DNA from: an uncultured Eubacteriales bacterium
GTDB taxonomy: Bacteria; Bacillota; Clostridia; Oscillospirales; CAG-272
Direction: 5' to 3'
Assembly: GCA_905210485.1 (NCBI GenBank)
Contig: CAJLXA010000003.1
Span: 6,152-70,151 of the forward strand
Length of the DNA: 64,000 nucleotides
Position 1 is the stretch's first letter, and every line of letters begins with the position of its first letter. The position numbers were made by a program, and so were the translations under genes. The notes beneath the pieces are model-generated. The model was given only the letters and a program-made list of their open reading frames with translations, was not told where the DNA came from and did no database searches. Shown here one piece after another: positions 27,947-35,744 of this stretch.

Positions 27947-28180
27947 ATGACCAACATGTATATTCGCTTGCATACGATTGAAGATGTGCGCAAATTCGTG
28001 AATATTGTCACCGCGTCCGATTGTGAAATGGATCTCACGTCGGGGCGTTACATTGTCGACGCCAAGTCGATCATGGGCATTTTCAGTCTGGATCTGCTTT
28101 CGCCGATTCTGCTGACCATTCACGGCGAACCGACAGCGGATCTTTTGCAGGCGCTTCAGCCGTTCAAAGCAGAAAAATAA
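27947..28180 (+). CDS. HPr-fold protein lacking the His15 phosphorylation motif
   Basis: 77 aa from ATG 27947, with GGAGGA 6 nt upstream. IVDAKSIMGIFSLDL matches the HPr Ser46 region (KSIMG). The region that aligns with GIHARPA reads TIEDVRK. Confidence 0.6.
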   Translation: MTNMYIRLHTIEDVRKFVNIVTASDCEMDLTSGRYIVDAKSIMGIFSLDLLSPILLTIHGEPTADLLQALQPFKAEK

Positions 28181-28195
28181 ACGGAATTCCGTTTT

Positions 28196-28235
28196 GAAAA
28201 ATACAGCCGCGCAGATATGCGCGGCTGTATTTTTA
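28196..28235. terminator. Bidirectional terminator
   Basis: 12-bp perfect stem ATACAGCCGCGC/GCGCGGCTGTAT flanked by A- and T-runs. It overlaps the rsmI stop. Confidence 0.8.
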
Positions 28236-29132
28236 TTTATTCGTATGATTCAGCAGTTTGTACAGCGCGTTTTTCGGCATGCCGCGATCATGGGCGGCGG
28301 CTTTGATGGCGTCCATGCGGGAAAGACCGCTTCTTTCATAGTAGGCGACATGTTCTTCTTCCGTCAGTGAAAGGAGGGGATTTTCCTCCGCCGCAGGAAC
28401 GGCGTTTTCTCCGAAATGTTCGGCGGCGCCTTCAAGGATCAACACATATTCGCCGCGGGGCGATTCCTTTTCATAGTAAGCGGTTGCCTGCTTCAGGGAA
28501 AGACGCAGTATTTCTTCGTTCCGCTTCGTCAGTTCGCGGCAAAGCGCGATTCTGCGGTCACCGAAAACAGCGCAAAGGTCGTCAAGCGTTTCGGTGAGGC
28601 GGTGCGGCGCCTCATAAAAAATCAGCGTGCGCCGTTCGTTTTTCAAAGTTTCGAGGTAGCGGCAACGTTCCGTTTTCTTTTGCGGCAGAAATCCCTCAAA
28701 AGCAAAACGGCGCGTGGACAGTCCCGAAAGCGACAGGGCGTCGATTGCGGCACAGCATCCGGGTATCGCTGTCACGGGAATGTCGTTTTCGGCGCAGAGC
28801 CGTACAATGTCCTCACCGGGATCGCTGACGGCGGGGGTGCCGGCGTCGGTTATAAGTGCGCAGGATTCCCCTGCGAGAAGACGACGGACGATGCTTTCTC
28901 CGCGCATCTTTTTATTGTGTTCAAAATAACTTATCATCGGCTTTTTTATATGAAACACCGACAGAAGTTTCCCGGAATTGCGCGTGTCTTCGGCGGCCAC
29001 GAAATCCACTTCGGACAGCACTTTAACGGCGCGCGGCGATAGATCGGACAGATTGCCGATCGGCGTCGCAACAAGGTACAGCATACCGTGTTCAACGCGG
29101 TTTTTTTCTTCAGTATGGTTTATGTCTGACAT
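28233..29132 (-). CDS. rsmI: 16S rRNA (cytidine1402-2'-O)-methyltransferase
   Basis: LYLVATPIGNLSDLSPRAVKVL...AAEDTRNSGKLL shows the tetrapyrrole-methylase fold typical of RsmI. Confidence 0.9.
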   Translation of the reverse strand: MSDINHTEEKNRVEHGMLYLVATPIGNLSDLSPRAVKVLSEVDFVAAEDTRNSGKLLSVFHIKKPMISYFEHNKKMRGESIVRRLLAGESCALITDAGTPAVSDPGEDIVRLCAENDIPVTAIPGCCAAIDALSLSGLSTRRFAFEGFLPQKKTERCRYLETLKNERRTLIFYEAPHRLTETLDDLCAVFGDRRIALCRELTKRNEEILRLSLKQATAYYEKESPRGEYVLILEGAAEHFGENAVPAAEENPLLSLTEEEHVAYYERSGLSRMDAIKAAAHDRGMPKNALYKLLNHTNK

Positions 29133-29896
29133 GATGTATTCTCCGTAAAATTGCCGTTATGCAGGGCGGATTTGATGACTTCGGTTTCGTGAGTATGCGT
29201 TCTGTCTGTATAAAGCAGGATCGGCGCGGTTACGGCAACGCCCGGCTTTCCGCCGGCCGCCGCTTCGATCAACACAAGAGATGGCGCTTCCTCTGCCGAC
29301 GGTTGTATAAATGTCAGGCGTTTCGGCTCAAGTTTTTCACAGCGAAGGGCAAAGAGAAGATCGGTCAGACGATCGGGACGATGCACGCAGAAAAAACGTC
29401 CGCCGTAACGGAGAGCATAGGCCGCGGCATGGGCGAAGTCTTTGAATTCGCCGTGAACTTCGTGACGCGCAATGAAATTATCGTCGGTGGCATTGCGTGC
29501 GCCGCAGGACAGGGGCATATAGGGCGGATTTGAAAAAACAATATCGAACTTTTCCCGGGGAATACCGGCGGTAGACAGATCGCGGACATCGCCGCATATG
29601 ACGGTGATGCGCTCCGACAGCCGATTATATTCCACGTTGCGCGCGGCGAGCGACGCATATTTTTCCTGGATCTCGACCGCAGTGATGGCGCCTGCTTTTT
29701 TTCTTGCGGCGACCAGCATGGACAGAATACCGGTGCCTGCGCCGAGTTCCAGCGCGCGGAGATTCGGTTTGCCTTTGATGAAATAAGAAAGAAGAAGCGT
29801 ATCGGTGCCGAGGCTAAGACCGCTCTTGTCGGTTATCAGAACAAGATCTTCGTTTACACGATCGCATCTTTCGTTATCGGACAGTTCAGTTATCAT
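29120..29896 (-). CDS. SAM-dependent N6-adenine methyltransferase, TrmN6/YabB-like
   Basis: ELGAGTG SAM loop and FSNPPYMP (NPPY) motif. It overlaps rsmI by 13 nt. Confidence 0.75.
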   Translation of the reverse strand: MITELSDNERCDRVNEDLVLITDKSGLSLGTDTLLLSYFIKGKPNLRALELGAGTGILSMLVAARKKAGAITAVEIQEKYASLAARNVEYNRLSERITVICGDVRDLSTAGIPREKFDIVFSNPPYMPLSCGARNATDDNFIARHEVHGEFKDFAHAAAYALRYGGRFFCVHRPDRLTDLLFALRCEKLEPKRLTFIQPSAEEAPSLVLIEAAAGGKPGVAVTAPILLYTDRTHTHETEVIKSALHNGNFTENTSCQT

Positions 29897-29979
29897 AAGA
29901 TTCCTTTCGCGGTATAAAGAGAAAAGCGGAGAGGAGGATAGACCACCGACTCCGCTTTACGGATATGTCCCGCAAAGAA

Positions 29980-30153
29980 TCAATCTTCTTTTACAGGTGC
30001 GCCTACCGGGCAGGTATCGGCGCAGGTACCACATTCAACACATTCGGCAGCGTCGATAACGTATTTGCCGTCGCCTTCGGAAATGCAGGTGGTCGGGCAA
30101 GCGTCAGCGCAGGCGCCGCAGGAAATGCAATCATCACTGATTTTGTATGCCAT
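29980..30153 (-). CDS. fdx: 2x[4Fe-4S] clostridial-type ferredoxin (57 aa, below the ORF-track cutoff)
   Basis: My translation is MAYKISDDCISCGACADACPTTCISEGDGKYVIDAAECVECGTCADTCPVGAPVKED. It carries two CxxCxxCxxxCP motifs. AGGAGGA lies 7 nt upstream. It has its own promoter, TTGATT (30211-30206)-16-TAGAAT (30189-30184). Confidence 0.85.
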   Translation of the reverse strand: MAYKISDDCISCGACADACPTTCISEGDGKYVIDAAECVECGTCADTCPVGAPVKED

Positions 30154-30255
30154 GGTTCTGTCCTCCTATTAAGAATTATTTTAATTCTAACACATATTCA
30201 GAAAAAATCAAGGGGTTTCGTATAATTTCTGCAAACTTTTCGGTATTTTCCGATT

Positions 30256-31224
30256 TTATGTTTTATTTTTGTTGTTTTTGTCGGTTTTTTCGTTTTCGGT
30301 TTTCCGCGGCGGTTTGTTGTCGTTTTTCTTACCGCTGCGAATGACCGTAATGTCTTCGATGGAATAGAACTTCGGCTGTTCTTCCTTGTCGTCAAGACGA
30401 ACGCGGACGCTTTCATTCAACGGCTTGACTTCGACGACCGTACCGTTCCCGGCGGGCGTGGAAACGAGCGAACCTATCGGCGGCAAACGCTTCAGCGCGG
30501 CGGAATAAGTGTCGCTTTCATAACGGAGACAGCACATAAGACGGCCGCAACTGCCGGAAATCTTGGAAGAATTCAGAGAGAAGTTCTGTTCTTTTGCCAT
30601 TTTGATGGAAACCTGAACAAAATCGGAAAGGAAGCCGGAGCAACAGAAGGGGCGTCCGCAGGGGCCGAGGCCGCCGAGCATTTTGGCTTCGTCACGGATA
30701 CCGATCTGGCGAAGGTCGATGCGTACTTTGAATACAGAAGCAAGATCCTTTACAAGATCGCGGAAATCAACGCGTGCTTCCGACGTAAAATAGAAGTAGA
30801 GTTTGCGGTTATCGAATGTATATGCGGCGTCGACAAGATTCATGTCGAGTTTATGCGCCGCGATTTTTTCCCGGCATACCTGCATAGCGTATTTTTCCTG
30901 CGCACGGTTCGCTTCGTGGCGCTCAATGTCCTCGGCGGTGGCAATGCGGAGAAGAGGACGGAGCGGAGGAACGATATCCGACGTGGGAACTTCACGGCGC
31001 GCAAATTTGATTTTGCCGTATTCCGTGCCGCGCACGGTTTCGACGATGACGGCGTCTCCGACTGCGGGCGTAAGATTGCCCGGCGCAAAGTAGTATGCTT
31101 TGGGGGAAGAACGGAAGATCACGCCGACAACGGCGGTTTTTTCTTCTTTTTCCGGGGCGGGGGATCCGGGCTGATCGGCAGATTTATCTATCACTTCCGA
31201 CAGATCACAATTGTTATCGGTCAT
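30256..31224 (-). CDS. ricT: PSP1-domain protein RicT/YaaT
   Basis: VVGVIFRSSPKAYYFAPGNL...VIVETVRGTEYGK and the Cys cluster GPCGRPFCC...GSCGRLMCCLRYE are present. It sits immediately downstream of holB, as in Bacillus. Confidence 0.85.
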   Translation of the reverse strand: MTDNNCDLSEVIDKSADQPGSPAPEKEEKTAVVGVIFRSSPKAYYFAPGNLTPAVGDAVIVETVRGTEYGKIKFARREVPTSDIVPPLRPLLRIATAEDIERHEANRAQEKYAMQVCREKIAAHKLDMNLVDAAYTFDNRKLYFYFTSEARVDFRDLVKDLASVFKVRIDLRQIGIRDEAKMLGGLGPCGRPFCCSGFLSDFVQVSIKMAKEQNFSLNSSKISGSCGRLMCCLRYESDTYSAALKRLPPIGSLVSTPAGNGTVVEVKPLNESVRVRLDDKEEQPKFYSIEDITVIRSGKKNDNKPPRKTENEKTDKNNKNKT

Positions 31225-31234
31225 TTGTATATCC

Positions 31235-32257
31235 TCATAGATTTGATTTTATATCATCGGCAAGCGTTGTCAGCATTACATTGACATTGGCATTGTTTTC
31301 AAGATCGGTTATAATGCTGCACAAACGGTCGTACAGACGGAAAAGGCGTGCGCTACCGGCACGGGACGAAAGTTCGGACGCGGTTTCACGGTCGTAATAA
31401 TAGGCAAGATCGGCGTCATCGTCTTTTTGCAGACGAATGAGATCCGATAAAGCCACCGTAAAAAGCCGGAGAATCTCCGAGAGTTCCGCACGCTTTTGCG
31501 GCAAAGAAAATACGGCGTCACAGATGGCAGAGAAAGGTTTTCTTTCTATGGAAGCGGTCAGCAGAGCATCTGTCAATGCGCGCTTTTTCATAACGGCGTC
31601 GGCAGCGGAAGGGGAGAGCGCCTCTATGGCTTTGCCGATGGCGCCGCCCGCCGAACCGACGGCAGCATGAAATTTTTCGGGAGATTCTCTCAAAAGGCGC
31701 GCGGCCTCCGGACGCTTTTCCGAAAGATAAGTTTCCATTTCTTCACGGGAAAAGAGACTCATGCGTAAAAGCTGAGCGCGACTGCGGATTGTGGGAAGCA
31801 GGAGGTCGCTGCGTGACGTCAGCAAAAAGATAATGACGTTTTTCGGCGGCTCCTCCAAAACGATCAGCAGTGCATTCTGCGCCTGAGCCGTCATGGTCTC
31901 GGCGTCATCAATAATATAAACTTTATACTCGTTTTCGGTCGGCGAGAGATACATGTCCCGTTTCAGGTCGCGTATAGCGTCGATTTTGACAGAGGCTTCA
32001 CTGCCTTTATCGAGGATACGCACGTCCGTGCTGTTGTCGGAGAGGATTTTTTCGCAGGAGGGGCAAGTACCGCAAGGGACGTCGCCGCTTTTGTCCGTGC
32101 AGGAAAGTGCGGCCGCGATCAGGCGGGCAAACGCGCGTTTTCCGGTTCCTTCCGGCCCCTCAATGATAAAGGCGTGAGAGAGATTGCCGCAAGTCAGACT
32201 TTTGCGGATGCGCTCTTTCAGAGCGTCATTCCCGTATAATGTGGGGAAGTAAGACAC
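31235..32257 (-). CDS. holB: DNA polymerase III delta-prime subunit
   Basis: SHAFIIEGPEGTGKR, the CGTCPSC zinc module and IIDDAETMT are present. The start is GTG. Promoter: TTGACA (32361-32356)-17-TATAAT (32338-32333). Confidence 0.88.
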   Translation of the reverse strand: MSYFPTLYGNDALKERIRKSLTCGNLSHAFIIEGPEGTGKRAFARLIAAALSCTDKSGDVPCGTCPSCEKILSDNSTDVRILDKGSEASVKIDAIRDLKRDMYLSPTENEYKVYIIDDAETMTAQAQNALLIVLEEPPKNVIIFLLTSRSDLLLPTIRSRAQLLRMSLFSREEMETYLSEKRPEAARLLRESPEKFHAAVGSAGGAIGKAIEALSPSAADAVMKKRALTDALLTASIERKPFSAICDAVFSLPQKRAELSEILRLFTVALSDLIRLQKDDDADLAYYYDRETASELSSRAGSARLFRLYDRLCSIITDLENNANVNVMLTTLADDIKSNL

Positions 32258-32376
32258 GGCATATTTACCTCTTTCCCGTAGTGTGACGTTATATTGAAAA
32301 AGACCTGCTTTGACGATATAACTACTTTAATAATTATAACAAGTATTCAGGCATTTGTCAATAAGTCTTGCGCCGA

Positions 32377-32408
32377 TAAAAGAAAAAGGCACTGATTTAC
32401 AGTGCCTT
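32377..32408 (-). terminator. Rho-independent terminator after rpsR
   Basis: AAGGCACTG/CAGTGCCTT stem with a 5-nt loop, followed on the minus strand by UUUUCUUUU. Confidence 0.75.
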
Positions 32409-32422
32409 ATCCTTATTCCGAA

Positions 32423-32674
32423 TCAATCGGAAACGTACGGAAGAAGTGCCATGAAGCGCGCACGCTTGATCGCAATCGTCAGCTCGCGCTGATGTTTTGC
32501 GCAGGTGCCGGAGACACGGCGGGGAAGAATCTTCGCACGCTCGGAAATGTATTTTCTGAGTTTGCCTGCATCCTTGTAATCAATCACTTCATTCGCGTCG
32601 GTGCAGAAGACACAAACCTTCTTTTTCTTGCGAATGTTAGAACGGTAAGGACGCGGAGAATCGTTTCTATCCAT
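32423..32674 (-). CDS. rpsR: 30S ribosomal protein S18
   Basis: [56 protein letters not shown]. Confidence 0.95.
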   Translation of the reverse strand: MDRNDSPRPYRSNIRKKKKVCVFCTDANEVIDYKDAGKLRKYISERAKILPRRVSGTCAKHQRELTIAIKRARFMALLPYVSD

Positions 32675-32749
32675 TTTGGAATCCTAAACCTTTCCGATTC
32701 ACTGACTGTATTCCGGCGGCGCTGTGAATCTTACGCCGCGGAAGCCCTG

Positions 32750-33217
32750 TTAGAAGGGCAGACCGTCGTCATTTGACAGTTCCTCAAAACCGGAACTGTT
32801 GCCGTTTGAAAACGAAGGAGCGGAATAGGCGTCAGGCGTATAGTTTTCCTGACCGCCACCTGCGGGAACACCGTCGCCGGGTCTGCCGTTGCCGGAATCC
32901 ACAAAAGATACTTCATCGGCAAGTACTTCCGTCGCATAGTGTTTAACATTCTGATTGTCGGTCCATGATCTGGACTGGATCTGACCGCATACAAGAATCG
33001 GACGTCCCTTTTTGAAGAAACGGGCGACAAAATCCGCAGACTGTCTCCATGCAACGACCGTAATGAAGTCAGCAGTCTGCTGACCCTGATCCGCTTTGGC
33101 AAAACGACGGTTGACCGCCAAAGTGAACCGGCATACAGATACGCCGGAAGTTGTACGTTTCAGTTCGGGATCGGCGGTAAGATTACCGATCAGAATTACT
33201 TTGTTAAAACTTGCCAT
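32750..33217 (-). CDS. ssb: Single-stranded DNA-binding protein
   Basis: MASFNKVILIGNLTADPELK gives the OB fold. A Gly/Pro-rich tail ends in the acidic tip DDGLPF. Confidence 0.95.
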   Translation of the reverse strand: MASFNKVILIGNLTADPELKRTTSGVSVCRFTLAVNRRFAKADQGQQTADFITVVAWRQSADFVARFFKKGRPILVCGQIQSRSWTDNQNVKHYATEVLADEVSFVDSGNGRPGDGVPAGGGQENYTPDAYSAPSFSNGNSSGFEELSNDDGLPF

Positions 33218-33256
33218 GATTTCCGCCTCCAGTTTTCAGAACAAATCATAAAGAAA

Positions 33257-33601
33257 TTATTCAGCCGCCACGGTGGTTTCGGCTGCGGGAGCGACGGGCT
33301 TTTTCTTCTCATCGACGCGGACGACGATAGAACGGAGAATGGCATCGGAAATGCCGAACAGACGTTCAAGTTCCGCGGGGAAGTCAGCGCCGCTCTTGAA
33401 ATTAACGAGAACATAGTATCCTTCAACAATGTCGTTGATGGGATAGGTCAGTCTGCGTTTGCCCCACTCGTTCACATTCTCGATCGTGCCGTTTTCGGCG
33501 ATGAGAGCAGTGAATTTGTCTACGGTAGCCTTGATTTCCTCTTCGGGAAGAGTGGCGTTCACCGCAAACAGGGTTTCGTAAGAAGCCTGGATTTTTTCCA
33601 T
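33257..33601 (-). CDS. rpsF: 30S ribosomal protein S6
   Basis: MEKIQASYETLFAVNATL...YPINDIVEGYYVLVNF. The true ATG is at 33601, with AAGGAGGTG upstream. The track's longer start is rejected. Confidence 0.92.
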   Translation of the reverse strand: MEKIQASYETLFAVNATLPEEEIKATVDKFTALIAENGTIENVNEWGKRRLTYPINDIVEGYYVLVNFKSGADFPAELERLFGISDAILRSIVVRVDEKKKPVAPAAETTVAAE

Positions 33602-33767
33602 TGTGTTACACCTCCTTATGGACTTTGGCCGCGTAATGCGGCAAGGAAGACGAGCTATAGACTCGTAACCATGCGGATATTTTAACACATTTATTGTCAA
33701 ATGTCAAGAGATTTTTGAATATTTTTATATTTTTGGAAATAATTATATAGATTATCTGCGTCGCTAC

Positions 33768-33796
33768 TTGACAACGGCCGTTCAGTATATTATAAT
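33768..33796 (+). promoter_or_regulatory. Sigma-A-type promoter of ssrA
   Basis: TTGACA (33768-33773), 17-nt spacer, TATAAT (33791-33796). Confidence 0.65.
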
Positions 33797-33809
33797 AGGG
33801 AGACCGTAT

Positions 33810-34176
33810 GGGCCCGCACCGGATTTCGACGGGGGTTCTGAGGCACGATAAGCGCGACGAGCCGGGTAATCTCGTAAACTGCCCAAACTTTAAAATTAAA
33901 CGACAACAGAAAAGTTGCTCTGGCTGCCTAATCGGCAGTGCCGCGGCTGATGCCGCCCGTCGCTCCGGGGAGGACCGCGAACCCGGACCGGCGTCAATTC
34001 AGCGGTAAACGTGAATCGGAACTTCGCCCTTTGTCCGATCACGCCGAAAAGGGCTACCCAACGGAGATGCCTGTCGTTCGGCATACCGGAGGGGAATTAA
34101 AATAGATCGACTGCTCGCGGAGAAAGTTGTGTCAAGGGATTTTCGGACAGGGGTTCGACTCCCCTCGGGTCCACCA
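33810..34176 (+). ncRNA. ssrA: tmRNA (SsrA)
   Basis: The 5' GGGCCCG pairs with the 3' CGGGUCC-ACCA, including the G3:U wobble. GAUUUCGACGGGG lies at the 5' end and the T-arm GGGGUUCGACUCCCC at the 3' end. The internal tag frame ends ...K-V-A-L-A-A-stop (TAA 33929-33931). Length is 367 nt. Confidence 0.93.
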
Positions 34177-34464
34177 TTAGAGAGTAAACCGAACACAAAC
34201 GGTTTATGTTTCGCCTGCATTTACGCTCCGGATCTTTTTGGTTCGGAGCGCTTAAATTCGTGTGAAACGCTTAAAATGTTTAAATTCGCGTGAAAACCGA
34301 TCGCCGTACAATTTCCGGACGGTAATTTTTATGTTCACATTCCGGCAAACGCCATATGCGAAACGTCGGGCGGAAACGTGCAGAATACCGGCGTGGTTTT
34401 TCATAAGTAAAAAATGTACATAGAAAAGCAATGCCGCGCCGTAGAGCGGCGGGCGCTTTTGAAA

Positions 34465-34509
34465 ATGATAATATGATAAATGATAATATGATAAATGATA
34501 ATATGATAA
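34465..34509 (+). repeat. Perfect 15-nt x3 tandem repeat across the GNAT start region
   Basis: ATGATAATATGATAA occurs three times with no mismatch (34465-34479, 34480-34494, 34495-34509). Confidence 0.95.
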
Positions 34510-34955
34510 TTAAAGAATTTACCGAGAACGATAAAGATGCTTTTATGAAGCTTTGCGAAGACTTTTATTCTTCAAAGGCTACTCTGAAACCGTTTGATCC
34601 CCGTGTGGCGTACGCAACATTCTGCCGTGTGATGGAGAAACATGAAAACCTTTGGGGATACCTGTTTACGGACAGCGAAAGCGGCGAATATATCGGCTAT
34701 GCCCTTGTAACGTCATATTGGTGCAACGAAGAAGGCGGCAATGTCTTGATTCTGGATGAACTTTACATTTGTCCGACGAGTCGCCATCACGGATATGGAG
34801 AAAAATTTCTGAAATGGTTGGAAGAACGGTTTAAAGAACGCGCGGTCTCCATTACGCTGGAAGTTTTGACAACCAATCAGGACGCCCGTTCGTTCTATAA
34901 AAAAGACGGGCTGGTTCCGGATGGATTTATAACATATACAAAAAGTATTCGGTGA
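34503..34955 (+). CDS. GNAT-family N-acetyltransferase
   Basis: ILDELYICPTSRHHGYGEKFLKWLE is the acetyl-CoA-binding motif. The start is uncertain: in-frame ATGs lie at 34473, 34488 and 34503 inside the repeat, while the track uses 34431. Confidence 0.75.
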   Translation: MIIKEFTENDKDAFMKLCEDFYSSKATLKPFDPRVAYATFCRVMEKHENLWGYLFTDSESGEYIGYALVTSYWCNEEGGNVLILDELYICPTSRHHGYGEKFLKWLEERFKERAVSITLEVLTTNQDARSFYKKDGLVPDGFITYTKSIR

Positions 34956-34963
34956 TAATATGG

Positions 34964-34995
34964 AAAAACGGGTGCGGCGTGCCGCACCCGTTTTT
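34964..34995. terminator. Bidirectional terminator
   Basis: AAAAAC-GGGTGCGGC-GT-GCCGCACCC-GTTTTT forms a perfect 9-bp GC-rich stem. Confidence 0.85.
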
Positions 34996-35009
34996 CGTTA
35001 ATCGAAAAC

Positions 35010-35652
35010 TCATTTTTCGGTATTTATATGCGCCCTCGGAAGTTTCAGATGAAACACAGCGGACAGAATACGGACGATAAAAACAAACAGGAAGCAGAAA
35101 AGAATAGAAAAATCCATACCTATATGCGGATAGAGAAGCGCGCAAAGAAGCGCTCCGCCGAGCGACGCCACCGCATAAATATGTTTAACAAATATGTAAG
35201 GACGCTAACCGGCAAACAGGTCGCGCATAACGCCCCCGCCGACACCCGTGACCGCGGACACAAACACACAAAGAAATATGTTATCCGAAAAAACGCCCTC
35301 GACGGCGACTTTATATCCGTAAGCCGTAAATACGGCAAGACCGGCCGAGTCGGGAGAGGAGAAGTATGGTTTCGACGGAGCGTGCGTTGTGGAAGAGGAG
35401 TTTTTGCATGAACGGCAGAAAAACAAAAAGCGATGTAAAGAAAGCGACGGCCACGTAAAGCGGCTGCACAAAAGCCGAGACGGGAAACATGCCGAGAATA
35501 ATATCGCGGACAATTCCGCCGCCGACGGCGGTGGTGATACCGAGGATACAAACGCCGAACAGATCCATGTCACGGCGCATGGCGGTGACGGCACCCGACA
35601 CGGCAAAGGCAATTGTACCGATGATTTCCGCGCAGATGAGAAAGATATTCAT
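35010..35652 (-). pseudogene. TRIC/UPF0126 (YadS-like) membrane channel gene with one frameshift and one in-frame amber codon
   Basis: Start ATG 35652 (GGAGG upstream): MNIFLICAEIIGTIAFAVSGAVTAMRRDMDLFG...TAVGGGIVRD. The frame breaks near 35350-35365, where ...ILLLS in one frame continues as PDSAGLAVFTAYG in another. The second repeat GVGGGVMRDLFAG is followed by TAG (35207-35205). The same frame then continues RPYIFVKHIYAVASLGG...FHLKLPRA to TGA 35012-35010. Confidence 0.75.
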
Positions 35653-35744
35653 ATATTCCTCCGAAAGGACAAAACTTTTCTTTGAAATTATAATCAACTG
35701 GATTTTTATGGATATTTATTACTTTTTATCATGCGCTTTTGGTG

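Noticed and set aside
27502-28038. 178-aa minus-strand ORF upstream of thrS
   Set aside because: It spans the T-box leader, its promoter and the divergent HPr-like promoter. The region is explained by the RNA element (T-box sequence, terminator).
33808-34220. Three small ORFs (33808-34008 +, 33896-34084 -, 33999-34220 -)
   Set aside because: They lie inside the tmRNA gene, whose acceptor, T-arm and tag-ORF features are clear.
34465-34509. Considered whether the 15-nt repeats, or any other repeats in the window, form a CRISPR array
   Set aside because: The units are directly abutting with no spacers, and are only 15 nt long. No repeat-spacer architecture or cas genes exist anywhere in the window.
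35205-35207. In-frame TAG in the TRIC gene as possible pyrrolysine or programmed read-through
   Set aside because: No pyl genes or PYLIS-like context are visible. The same gene also carries a frameshift, so pseudogenisation is the simpler reading.
35028-35685. Plus-strand ORFs 35028-35411 and 35389-35685, and minus-strand ORF 35120-35551
   Set aside because: They are alternative frames of the broken TRIC gene. The translations are Arg/His-rich and lack motifs, whereas the three TRIC fragments align colinearly with YadS-type proteins.
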